Shown here one piece after another: positions 55,001 to 63,543 of a DNA stretch of 64,000 nucleotides (position 1 is the first letter of the stretch; each line of letters begins with the position of its first letter). The stretch is from a virus, in the IMG/VR virus record IMGVR_UViG_3300044815_000115, positions 1 through 64,000 of that record; one strand, written 5' to 3'. Position numbers and translations under genes: made by a program. The notes below the pieces were generated by a model. It was given only the letters and a program-made list of their open reading frames with translations, searched no databases and was not told the DNA's origin.

Positions 55001-55344
55001 TCCACGACGAATCGTCGCCGGACGGCGCCCTCGACGCCCTGCTCGACGCGCCCATCCGGTTCTGGCAGTGCCCCGTTGAAGGCCATCGCTACCGGACCGA
55101 CCGCGACGGCTTTCCCCTCGCAACCGTCGAATGGGACGGCGGCGTCGCAGGCTGCCTCTTCCGCGGCTGCGGACGCATCTCAACCGACCCCGTCCCCCGC
55201 GGCGAATGCTGGTGCGACGGCGATACCCCCGACGGCGAGGAATGCGCAGGCGAATGCTGCGGGATCGGGCAGTGCTCGTGCACCCCGGACCAGGCAGCGA
55301 CCGACGCCGGCTCAGGCCTCTCCGGCGGTGACAGCGATGCCTGA
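54997..55344 (+). CDS. Cys-rich hypothetical protein
   Basis: CWC...C..ECCG.GQCSC. Confidence 0.55.
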   Translation: MIHDESSPDGALDALLDAPIRFWQCPVEGHRYRTDRDGFPLATVEWDGGVAGCLFRGCGRISTDPVPRGECWCDGDTPDGEECAGECCGIGQCSCTPDQAATDAGSGLSGGDSDA

Positions 55345-55666
55345 GCCCATGGACATCCGCGCCGTTCAGGCCGCGCTGTGGAAGAACAAGGTCGCGAAGG
55401 GTTTCAACCTGACCGACGTGCCACTCGAGTTCTGCCTTCTGCAGGGTGAGGTCGCCGAGGCGTTCGTTGCGTGGCGCAAGAGCCTGCCGGACCTTGACGA
55501 GGAGTTGGCCGACGTCGTCCTGTACGTGGCCGCGCTCGCCGAGATGACCGACATCGACCTTCAGGACGCCGTGGAGCGGAAGTTGGCGAAGAACGCCGGG
55601 CGCACGTATGTCACCGGGGCGAACGGCTACATGGTGCGCGTTGGCTCGGGCGGTGAAGGCCGGTGA
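55337..55666 (+). CDS. MazG-like nucleotide pyrophosphohydrolase
   Basis: LLQGEVAEAF...EELADV...IDL...K...NAGR. Confidence 0.85.
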   Translation: MPEPMDIRAVQAALWKNKVAKGFNLTDVPLEFCLLQGEVAEAFVAWRKSLPDLDEELADVVLYVAALAEMTDIDLQDAVERKLAKNAGRTYVTGANGYMVRVGSGGEGR

Positions 55667-55932
55667 CCTGCCTGCGCATCAAGGGTCCGGGGGGAACCCC
55701 CATCATGCTCTGCTCCGAGATCGAGAAGACGCATCCCGACCCGGACTGCCCGAACGCGGACCAGCACACACCCCACCCGGCGGGTTACATCCAGCACTCG
55801 GACTGGGCCGAATCGATGCTCACGACCCACCGCCAGCAGCGATGCGAGGGCTGCGGGAACTGGAACATCTGGACGCCCAAGGGCCACTCCGGCGCCAATA
55901 CCGGTTCAAGCCCCTCTGGCGGCCCCTCATGA
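55663..55932 (+). CDS. hypothetical protein
   Basis: HTP.P.GY...WAE...THRQ.RC..CG.W.IW. Confidence 0.65.
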   Translation: MTCLRIKGPGGTPIMLCSEIEKTHPDPDCPNADQHTPHPAGYIQHSDWAESMLTTHRQQRCEGCGNWNIWTPKGHSGANTGSSPSGGPS

Positions 55933-55954
55933 CCGCCGCCGAGAAGGAGATGCC

Positions 55955-56140
55955 GTGAGCGTCTACATCGAGGTCGAGCTCCGCTGCGACGGCGTCGAAG
56001 GCGACCCGTTCGGTTGCACCGCGCAGGTCTTCGCGGGCACCGGCACTCGGGCACGCGCGGACGCCCGCTCGGCTGGCTGGAAAGTTAACGCGCCTGGCGG
56101 CAAGGACTACTGCCCTGACCACCGCGGGGACGCCCGATGA
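55955..56140 (+). CDS. Zn-binding microprotein
   Basis: CDG...AR..GW...DYCPDH. Confidence 0.6.
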   Translation: MSVYIEVELRCDGVEGDPFGCTAQVFAGTGTRARADARSAGWKVNAPGGKDYCPDHRGDAR

Positions 56141-56709
56141 CCGCCACCGAACCGCTGCACACCATCCACGGCGTCGACCTGTACGACGACGGCCTCGGCG
56201 GGCTGAAGGCGTACCGCGGGCACCAGTTCGTCGGGGCCGCCTTCCCGAGCGTCGTCCCTGAGCCGGCCGGTTCCTGGTTCGGCCGCCGTCGGGGTGAGAC
56301 GGCCCGACGTTTCGGCACCCGGCATGCGGCACTCGCCTACCTGGTGGGTCCACGCCGTGTCCGGGTCCTCGGCGACCTGTACCACGGCCGGATCCCTGAC
56401 GGTGCCGTCTACGTCGGCCGTGCCGCCCCAGGTCTGCCACCAAGCCCGTACGCCAACCCGCACAAGGTCGGGAAGCCGTGCCGTCTGTGCCGTGTCGAGC
56501 ATGACCGGGTGGGCGCGGTGGACGCGTACCGCCGGGCACTCATGCAGCAACCCGAGTTGCTCGCCGCCGCACACCGGGACCTGGCAGGGCGTGACCTGGC
56601 CTGCTGGTGCCGACTCGACGAAGGACCGTGCCACGCCGACGCACTGCTTGCCCTGGTCAACCCCGACGTTCATGCACCCGAGCACGACATGACCAAGGGG
56701 ACGCGATGA
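56137..56709 (+). CDS. DUF4326 domain protein
   Basis: AVYVGR...PSPYANP...LAGRDLACWC...PCHADAL. Confidence 0.85.
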   Translation: MTATEPLHTIHGVDLYDDGLGGLKAYRGHQFVGAAFPSVVPEPAGSWFGRRRGETARRFGTRHAALAYLVGPRRVRVLGDLYHGRIPDGAVYVGRAAPGLPPSPYANPHKVGKPCRLCRVEHDRVGAVDAYRRALMQQPELLAAAHRDLAGRDLACWCRLDEGPCHADALLALVNPDVHAPEHDMTKGTR

Positions 56710-57041
56710 GCGAGCCGACCGTCGAGAGTTTGCAGGCGGAGATCGCCGAACTACGTGCTGAGCATGAGCGCGACGACATCAAGATTAACCGCTACTTCGA
56801 CCGGCTCACCCAACGGCGCGGCGCGGTCGAGGCGGAGCTCCGCGAGGCGACCGGCGAGATCACCGAACTGCGGGTCCAACTCGACTCGGCGCGGCGCCGT
56901 GTGCAGGAACTCGCCGACATGACGAATGCCTATTCGGACGACCTGGAGTCGGAACGGGCCCGGTCCGCGCAGCTTGTCCGGGTGATCGAGGAGCTGGGTC
57001 GGAAGCTGCTGTCCGCCGACTTGACTGAGGAGAAGCGATGA
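56706..57041 (+). CDS. coiled-coil protein
   Basis: Heptad pattern. Confidence 0.6.
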   Translation: MSEPTVESLQAEIAELRAEHERDDIKINRYFDRLTQRRGAVEAELREATGEITELRVQLDSARRRVQELADMTNAYSDDLESERARSAQLVRVIEELGRKLLSADLTEEKR

Positions 57042-57229
57042 GCGACATGTGGATCGAGTTGGCCAAGCGAATCACTGCCTCTGAGCGTGCCTACCGGAAC
57101 CTGGCCGAACAGGACTGGCGAGACGGCGACGTCATTCGGGCGGTCCGCTATCGGGGCATGGCTGAAGGGCTGGCGATGGCCTGTGAGCACCAACGCAACC
57201 TGGCAGCCGAGTCGAGGGGAGAGCAGTGA
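57038..57229 (+). CDS. hypothetical protein
   Basis: Overlap chain. Confidence 0.55.
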   Translation: MSDMWIELAKRITASERAYRNLAEQDWRDGDVIRAVRYRGMAEGLAMACEHQRNLAAESRGEQ

Positions 57230-57462
57230 GCGACCCGATGGCGACCTTCGTGGTCGAGTACCCCTGCGACCGGCGGTGTCAGGTCGAACTGGACCTGTCC
57301 GACATTCACCTGCGGTTCACCCACGGGCAGATGCTGCGGACAGCCGAGGACGCGCACCTGGAGGCGCATGAGGCGGATGCGGTCAAGGTGTTCAGCCCGC
57401 GGCCTGAAGTGGTCGTGCGGGCCGGCGTGCTGGACTCCGTCTTGACGGGCGGTCCGCGATGA
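57226..57462 (+). CDS. hypothetical protein
   Basis: Overlap chain. Confidence 0.55.
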   Translation: MSDPMATFVVEYPCDRRCQVELDLSDIHLRFTHGQMLRTAEDAHLEAHEADAVKVFSPRPEVVVRAGVLDSVLTGGPR

Positions 57463-57647
57463 ACCCGGCGCCCACGTCCGCCGGTTTCGTGCTGGTCCTG
57501 AAGTACTTCGACGGCAGCGGGATCCTCGGCATCTGGGGGCCGTACGCGACCGAGCAGGACGCGGAGGCCGGCAAGGAAGCGCTGCGGAAGTGGCCGATCG
57601 AAGAGGCTGACTGGTCGATCGAGCCGCTATTCACGCCGCTCGCCTGA
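57459..57647 (+). CDS. hypothetical protein
   Basis: GPYATEQDAE. Confidence 0.55.
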   Translation: MNPAPTSAGFVLVLKYFDGSGILGIWGPYATEQDAEAGKEALRKWPIEEADWSIEPLFTPLA

Positions 57648-57692
57648 CGCACCTTGCACCGTCCCGCACCGCCTACATCCACAGCGAGGAGA

Positions 57693-57731
57693 AGCCCGTG
57701 ACTGTCGACGAGAGCCGAGGGGTCACGGGCT
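57693..57731. terminator. hairpin between convergent genes
   Basis: AGCCCGTGAC...GTCACGGGCT. Confidence 0.5.
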
Positions 57732-57739
57732 GCTTCGGG

Positions 57740-57931
57740 TCAGTCCTTGCGGGGTGGGCGCTCGGGGAGCTTGGCGCCGGGCTCCCGGAGGTACCAGGCG
57801 ACGAGGGCGCGGATGACCTCCGAGCGACCGCGGTCGCCGACGAGTAGGCCTAGCCGATCCCAGAGATCACCAGAAAGCGCGATCTGGCGGCGGGGTGTGA
57901 TCCGCCGCTTGTTCGGGTTCTCCTCGGCCAT
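57740..57931 (-). CDS. ribbon-helix-helix regulator
   Basis: RQIALSGDLWDRLG...RSEVIRALVAWYLREPGAKLPERP. Confidence 0.75.
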   Translation of the reverse strand: MAEENPNKRRITPRRQIALSGDLWDRLGLLVGDRGRSEVIRALVAWYLREPGAKLPERPPRKD

Positions 57932-57947
57932 CCCCTAAAGGTACGGC

Positions 57948-58029
57948 GTGTCGGTACACGATTCGCCGCACTCTGTCTTGCGTGTACGTACACGAAGCGG
58001 TAGCCTCAGGATTGCTCGTGTAGGTACAC
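57948..58029 (+). promoter_or_regulatory. promoter TTGCGT-N17-TAGCCT with three GTGTNNGTACAC operators
   Basis: Copies at 57948, 57982 (perfect palindrome, overlapping the -35) and 58018. Confidence 0.75.
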
Positions 58030-58067
58030 AGATCCTGCGTTTCACCAGCCTAGAAGGGATCCAGCAC

Positions 58068-58256
58068 ATGCCCCACAAGACGCTCTACGTGTCACCAAAA
58101 GACGAGTCGCTCTGGGCAGCAGCACAGCGTGTCGCAGACAAGGCAGGGACCAGCGTTTCCCAGATCGTGACGCAGGCACTGAAGAACGACCTGCCACGTG
58201 TCGTTGCGGAACTTGATCAGCCCAAAACTGACGAGTGGGCTGATCTGGCCGCATGA
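58068..58256 (+). CDS. ribbon-helix-helix protein
   Basis: KTLYVSPKDESLWAAA...GTSVSQIVTQAL. Confidence 0.7.
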   Translation: MPHKTLYVSPKDESLWAAAQRVADKAGTSVSQIVTQALKNDLPRVVAELDQPKTDEWADLAA

Positions 58257-58864
58257 CCGCCCCGTCGATTCTCTTTCCGAAATACATCGAGCCGTTCGCC
58301 GAGCCACGCTGGTGGAAGCGCGACATTGCATCTCCGTTGCCGAACGGACCCGTGCCGCCAGGACTTCACGTGCGCTGCGCGACCCACGTGAAGTACGCGC
58401 TGAGTTGCCGTCAGTTCGATCGGTTGCTCGCCCGCTCGGGCGGATGTTGCGAGGCGTGTGGGATGCCGGCCGCCGAGAACCGGTTCGGCACCCTATGCAT
58501 CGACCATGAGCACGACCTCGGCGATTGGGCCGTTCGCGGACTTCTCTGCACTCCATGCAACGCGGCGCTACACCCTGGCGCTGCTACCCAGCCAAGATTC
58601 CGAGCGTATGTCCGGCGCTCGTTCTACCTGACGCTTCTCGCCGAGGCGGCCGTCACGGAGCTCAAGCCAGACGAACCTCCGCTGGGCACCGTCATGCTTG
58701 ATCAGGGTGGACGCCCCTGGCGCCATGAGCCGGATTGCCTTCCCGGTTTGCGCTGGTATCCACGCCACCGCCACTACCCGCAGTCGCCCCGGAGCTGGGG
58801 CTGGCTTCTTAAGCGCGTCGGGCCGCTCTACCTCCGTCCGCATATCACCGTCGACGCGGCCTGA
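58253..58864 (+). CDS. endonuclease VII domain protein
   Basis: CEACG...LCIDHEH...VRGLLCTPCN. Confidence 0.85.
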   Translation: MTAPSILFPKYIEPFAEPRWWKRDIASPLPNGPVPPGLHVRCATHVKYALSCRQFDRLLARSGGCCEACGMPAAENRFGTLCIDHEHDLGDWAVRGLLCTPCNAALHPGAATQPRFRAYVRRSFYLTLLAEAAVTELKPDEPPLGTVMLDQGGRPWRHEPDCLPGLRWYPRHRHYPQSPRSWGWLLKRVGPLYLRPHITVDAA

Positions 58865-58898
58865 TCAACCCCCACGACATGGAGCAGGAGGCTTCCGC

Positions 58899-59111
58899 AT
58901 GCCAAGGAAAGACGGCCGGCCGGATCTGACGTACCGCGCGCCGATTCTGAGCGTCGATCTGGGCCCGTTCGGCTGGGAGATCTGGCCGTGCCACGAGTGC
59001 CTGCCCTGGCATGTGGAGTTCGTCCTCGACGACGGAAACTACTACGCCCGCGAGTGGCACGCGGCCGAGTGCCCGGTCCTAGTCGAACTTCTCAACCAGG
59101 GCCAGGCCTGA
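58899..59111 (+). CDS. hypothetical protein
   Basis: PCHECLPWH...REWH..ECP. Confidence 0.6.
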   Translation: MPRKDGRPDLTYRAPILSVDLGPFGWEIWPCHECLPWHVEFVLDDGNYYAREWHAAECPVLVELLNQGQA

Positions 59112-60262
59112 TGTCCCGCAACTACGCCCAGTTCACCACCGCCATCTGGCGCCCGGGTGACGACTTCGGCAACCTCACCCGCAACGGCCAATGGGTTTAC
59201 TTCATGCTGTCCACCCAGCCTGATATCAGCGCGGCCGGCACCTTGTCGCTCAACGTCCGGCGCTGGTCCGGCCGGTGCGCAGACGGGTCAAAGCAGGACG
59301 TGATCGACGGCCTCCAGGAGTTGAGCACCCATCGGTTCGTCTTCTACGACTACGACACCGAGGAGGTACTGCTGCGGGGCTTCATCAAGGCTGATGGCGG
59401 CTACGGCAACCGCAAGCGGAAGCCAGTGATCGAGCGCGCTGTCCGGGATGTGGAGTCGCCAACGCTGCGGAAGGTGCTCGCGGAGGAGCTGGCGAAGGTC
59501 GGCCTACCGGCGGAATGGGCATCGGATAGCCCATCGGACGTTCATCGCATGGCCTATCCGCTTGACGGTGACGAACCGCCGGAGGCAACGGGACGGGGGC
59601 AATCAGATTCAACGTTTCCGCAGGTCGATAGCCTATCCGATACCCTATCGGGTACGGCATCCGATAGCACATGCCGTTCTGACGGGGTTGTGGTTACTCA
59701 AGCTCTAGTAGTAGATCCCCAACCCTCAACCCGCAATCCTCAACCCGTTCCGCCCCCGGCGGACAGCGCTTCCGCGCCGTCGGAGCAAGTGGCGTTCGAG
59801 GGGATGCCCGAGGTGCCTGTCGTCGCAGAGACCGAGGAGCAGACCAGCTGGCGGCTGGCGCGGGCCTGGGAGAAACGACGACAGGACGCCCGGAAGCCGA
59901 TCATCGCTCGCGGCAGCAAGAAGAAGCCCGACCAAGTCCTCATGCCGTTGAAGAACCTCATCCGCGGTGCCCTGATTGCGAAGTACACCGAGGGCGAGGT
60001 GAACGCAGCCCTTGAGGCGTGCAACGAGGGGATTCCGACGGGCAACAGGTTCGACAAGGTCATTGCGGATCTCCGAGATGCCGCTGCGGCAGAAGACCCA
60101 AACAACCAAGGGCGCGCCGGTTCATCGCTCGCCCGCAGGCCGATGCCGGACCAAGTACGTCGTTCAACATCAGCGCTGCGCGCCGAGCAGGCGCTCTCTG
60201 TCGCTGACGAACTTGATCGTGAATACGGACACGGGCTCTATGCCCAGGAAGGAACCCAATGA
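59111..60262 (+). CDS. replication initiator protein
   Basis: IW...DF..LT...QW.YF.L.TQP.IS.AG...TEEVLLRGFIK.DG; internal iterons; upstream of loader and DnaB. Confidence 0.8.
   Translation: MSRNYAQFTTAIWRPGDDFGNLTRNGQWVYFMLSTQPDISAAGTLSLNVRRWSGRCADGSKQDVIDGLQELSTHRFVFYDYDTEEVLLRGFIKADGGYGNRKRKPVIERAVRDVESPTLRKVLAEELAKVGLPAEWASDSPSDVHRMAYPLDGDEPPEATGRGQSDSTFPQVDSLSDTLSGTASDSTCRSDGVVVTQALVVDPQPSTRNPQPVPPPADSASAPSEQVAFEGMPEVPVVAETEEQTSWRLARAWEKRRQDARKPIIARGSKKKPDQVLMPLKNLIRGALIAKYTEGEVNAALEACNEGIPTGNRFDKVIADLRDAAAAEDPNNQGRAGSSLARRPMPDQVRRSTSALRAEQALSVADELDREYGHGLYAQEGTQ
59513..59674 (+). repeat. degenerate 12-bp tandem iterons (GATASCYWATCS-like), candidate ori
   Basis: Two clusters of ~4 units: 59513-59559 and 59627-59674. 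Confidence 0.65.
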
Positions 60263-60705
60263 CACCCGGAGAGGCGGCCAGGCTGCTCGCGGCCTGCGCC
60301 ATGTACGACTTCCGAACGGTCGAGAAGGCCGACGGGATCGCATGGCATCACGTGATCGGCGATCTCGACTTCGACGATGCGATGGAGTCGGTGCGCCAGC
60401 ACTACCAGAACTCGACGGACCGCATGATGCCCGCCCACGTCCGCCAGGGCGTGAAGGCGATCCGGGCCGAACGGCGTCGACAGGAACCGTCGGAGGCGAC
60501 TGCGCTGCCGTCACCGTTCGAGCAGGACATGAACCGGCAGGTCCGTATGGAGGCTGGCGCGGCCAGTGTCCGGGAGGTGCTGGCAAGGATCACCTCCCAC
60601 CTGGACCAGAAGTCCCCGGCGCCGGTGTCGGCGATGGAGCAGCTGCGGGCGATCACTCCAGGACCGGACTGGGCCGGCGACGAGCAGGACGGGGATCAGC
60701 GATGA
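60259..60705 (+). CDS. putative helicase loader/inhibitor-type protein
   Basis: MTPGEAARLLA...D.R...AW...L.F.DA...V..HY...MPAHV; located between initiator and DnaB. Confidence 0.65.
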   Translation: MTPGEAARLLAACAMYDFRTVEKADGIAWHHVIGDLDFDDAMESVRQHYQNSTDRMMPAHVRQGVKAIRAERRRQEPSEATALPSPFEQDMNRQVRMEAGAASVREVLARITSHLDQKSPAPVSAMEQLRAITPGPDWAGDEQDGDQR

Positions 60706-62045
60706 CCGAGGGCAGGTCCGACCGGATGCCGCCGCAGGACGTCGAGGCGGAGCAGGCGACGCTGGGCGGGATGCTGCTGTCGAAGGACACCATCGACGCC
60801 GTGTCGGAGATCCTGGCTCCGGGAGACTTCTACCGGCCGATCCACAAGACGGTGTTCGACGCGATCGTCGGGTTGCACGCGAAGGGCGAGCCGGCCGATT
60901 CCCGCACCGTCACCGGGGCACTGTTCGACTCCGGTGACCTGGTGCGGGTCGGTGGTGCCCCGTACCTGCACACCCTGACGGAGTGCGTCCCGACCGCGGC
61001 GAGCGCCCCGTACTACGCGCGGATCGTCGCCGACCGGGCCGTGTCCCGGCGTCTGGTCGAGGCGGGCATCCGTATCACCCAGTTGGGTTACGGCTCCGCT
61101 GCCGGTGACGGGGTTGAGTTGTCCGATGTCGTCGACCTGGCGCAGCAGGCCGTGTACGACATCACCGTCGACCGTGGCGCGAGCGAATACTCGCGGCTCG
61201 ACGAGATGCTGCAGCCCACCCTCGACGACATCGAGGCCGCCGCCGGCAAGGACGGCCGGATGTCGGGGGTGCCGACCGGTTTCATCGACATGGACCGGCT
61301 CCTCAACGGCCTACAGCCAGGTCAGGTCATCGTCGTTGCTGGACGGCCAGGGCTCGGCAAGTCGACGGTGGGTTTGGACGTCGTCCGGCATGCGGCGATC
61401 CGGGCGGATATGGCGTCGGCGTTCTTCACCTTGGAGATGAGCAAGGTGGAGGTGGTCACGCGCCTACTGTCGGCCGAGGCCCGCGTGCCGATGCATGTCC
61501 TGCGCTCGGGGCAACTTTCCGACGACGACTGGGCACGACTGGCCCGACGCATGGGGGAGATCTCCGAAGCGCCGATCTTCGTCGACGACACCCCGAGCAT
61601 GGGTTTGGCGGACATCCGTGCCAAGGCGCGGCAGTTGAAGAAGCGCCACAACCTGCGGCTGCTGGTCGTCGACTATCTGCAGCTGATGACCTCGCCGAAG
61701 CGGACGGAGAGCCGGCAGCAGGAGGTTTCGGACCTGTCGCGGAGTCTGAAGCTGCTGGCGAAGGAGATCGAGTGTCCGATCATCGCGGTGAGCCAGTTGA
61801 ACCGGGGCCCGGAGAATCGTCAGGACAAGCGTCCGCAACTGTCCGACCTGCGCGAGTCGGGTTCGATCGAGCAGGACGCTGACGTGGTGATCCTGCTGCA
61901 CCGCGACGACTACTACGACAAGGAGTCGGCCCGCGCAGGCGAGGCGGATTTCATCGTGGCTAAACACCGCAATGGCCCGACGGACACGGTCACGGTCGCC
62001 GCCCAACTGCACTTCTCACGCTTCGTCGATATGGCGATCGCATGA
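60702..62045 (+). CDS. dnaB: replicative DNA helicase
   Basis: PPQDVEAEQ, GRPGLGKS, VDYLQL, SQLNR, LRESGSIEQDAD, AKHRNGPT. Confidence 0.97.
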   Translation: MTEGRSDRMPPQDVEAEQATLGGMLLSKDTIDAVSEILAPGDFYRPIHKTVFDAIVGLHAKGEPADSRTVTGALFDSGDLVRVGGAPYLHTLTECVPTAASAPYYARIVADRAVSRRLVEAGIRITQLGYGSAAGDGVELSDVVDLAQQAVYDITVDRGASEYSRLDEMLQPTLDDIEAAAGKDGRMSGVPTGFIDMDRLLNGLQPGQVIVVAGRPGLGKSTVGLDVVRHAAIRADMASAFFTLEMSKVEVVTRLLSAEARVPMHVLRSGQLSDDDWARLARRMGEISEAPIFVDDTPSMGLADIRAKARQLKKRHNLRLLVVDYLQLMTSPKRTESRQQEVSDLSRSLKLLAKEIECPIIAVSQLNRGPENRQDKRPQLSDLRESGSIEQDADVVILLHRDDYYDKESARAGEADFIVAKHRNGPTDTVTVAAQLHFSRFVDMAIA

Positions 62046-62050
62046 CGTAC

Positions 62051-62085
62051 CGGGGACCTGAACGATCTCAGCGCTCAGGTCCCCG
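62051..62085 (+). terminator. hairpin after dnaB
   Basis: CGGGGACCTGA...TCAGGTCCCCG. Confidence 0.6.
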
Positions 62086-62138
62086 CACCCCTGGTTCTAC
62101 CGCACCGCTCGCACGAACCCAAGCCAATCGACCAAGGA

Positions 62139-62429
62139 GTGATCATGCTTCATGAACTGAAGACCTGGCCCGGCTACTTCGAGCGGATCGCTGACGGCAC
62201 GAAGACGTTCGAGATCCGCCGTAACGACCGTGGCTTCCAGACGGGCGACACGCTGCAATTGCGCGAGTACAACCCGGCGGGCGACCACGACGAGTGCGCC
62301 GACGACCAGTGCTCGACGAAGCGATACACCGGTCAGGAGGCGTTCCGCAAGGTCGGCTTCGTTGCCGCTGGCACCCTGTTCGGCCTGGAACTCGGCGAGT
62401 ACGTCGTCATGTCGCTGGTGCGCTCATGA
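62139..62429 (+). CDS. DUF3850/ASCH-like protein
   Basis: HELKTWPGYF...GTKTFEIRRNDRGFQTGD. Confidence 0.85.
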   Translation: MIMLHELKTWPGYFERIADGTKTFEIRRNDRGFQTGDTLQLREYNPAGDHDECADDQCSTKRYTGQEAFRKVGFVAAGTLFGLELGEYVVMSLVRS

Positions 62430-62854
62430 CTACAGATGAGGCGATCTGCACGTTGAGCCACGCCGAGCACTTCGCCACCTGGCAATCGTGGCGCGACGAC
62501 TGCGACGGGTGCGGCTTCGGGATGCAAGACCCCGACCAGTGCGACCGCGGGCATCCCGACGACGGGGTCACGTTCTGTGGCGTCTGCGGTTGGGACGTCG
62601 TCTACAACGCGCTGAAGGTCGGCGAGCTGTCGGCGATCTGTGACAAGGCGGAGGCGTCCGGGGTGAGCACCGACGGCTGGTCCATCGCCGAGACGATCCG
62701 CGCGTTCCCGCTCACCGACGAGGAGCGGGTGAAGGTCCGCCGGGATCAGGAGGCGGCGCAAGCCCGTGCTCGCGCGAACTGGACGCCGGAGCAGTGGGCG
62801 TCGTTCCGGGCGAACTGCGAGCGGGCCGACCGCTACTGGGAGGCGATGGCGTAA
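62426..62854 (+). CDS. hypothetical protein
   Basis: ATGA overlap; Cys motifs. Confidence 0.6.
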   Translation: MTTDEAICTLSHAEHFATWQSWRDDCDGCGFGMQDPDQCDRGHPDDGVTFCGVCGWDVVYNALKVGELSAICDKAEASGVSTDGWSIAETIRAFPLTDEERVKVRRDQEAAQARARANWTPEQWASFRANCERADRYWEAMA

Positions 62855-62929
62855 CCATGCTGACCTGCGACGGACCGGCGGATACGACCCGCCCCCAGCC
62901 TGCCGAACCAGTCCAGAAAGATTAATCCC

Positions 62930-63124
62930 TTGCTCGCCTGTCACGCCTGGCTCCGCACCGACTGGCTGGTCCGTGCCGGCTTCACCCTCGAGACCACCGC
63001 GGACGGCGGCCGCTGGGCTGTGCGTGACGGGCGCCGATTCGATCTCGACCCGGGGTGCGCGTGCGGGCAGGACGTCTGCCCGCCGCACCCGATCACCTAT
63101 CTGAGCCTCAAGGAGGCGGCATGA
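62930..63124 (+). CDS. hypothetical protein
   Basis: Overlaps the next start. Confidence 0.4.
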   Translation: MLACHAWLRTDWLVRAGFTLETTADGGRWAVRDGRRFDLDPGCACGQDVCPPHPITYLSLKEAA

Positions 63125-63543
63125 CCGACACGACACCATCGCTGGCGTTACTGCGTCGCCAGGTCGCTGCCCTGCTGTCGGAGATCGACACCGCGACACT
63201 GCCCCGCCCCGACAAGCTGAACGGCCGCGCCACGAAGAAGCCCGGCTGCGAGTGGAAGCCGCGCAAGGGCTGGTCGGTGTTCACGATCGAGAACGGCGAC
63301 AGTGCCGGCATGGTGTACCTCGACCACGAGTGCGACGACATCGACTACCGCTGGGGCGAGCCGGGCGACTGGGAGTCCCTGCGCATCGAGGACGCCCGCG
63401 CGATTGGCCTTGCGTTCCTGGCTGCCGCCGCGCGGGCTGAGGAGTTGTTCGTCGGCGTGACCCGCCTACCAGAGCGGCAGCCAGTCGACGGCGAGCAGGA
63501 CGGCGAGGCTGCGCAGGTGCGCGAGTTCAGGAGCCGCAGATGA
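63121..63543 (+). CDS. hypothetical protein
   Basis: AAGGAGG RBS. Confidence 0.6.
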   Translation: MTDTTPSLALLRRQVAALLSEIDTATLPRPDKLNGRATKKPGCEWKPRKGWSVFTIENGDSAGMVYLDHECDDIDYRWGEPGDWESLRIEDARAIGLAFLAAAARAEELFVGVTRLPERQPVDGEQDGEAAQVREFRSRR

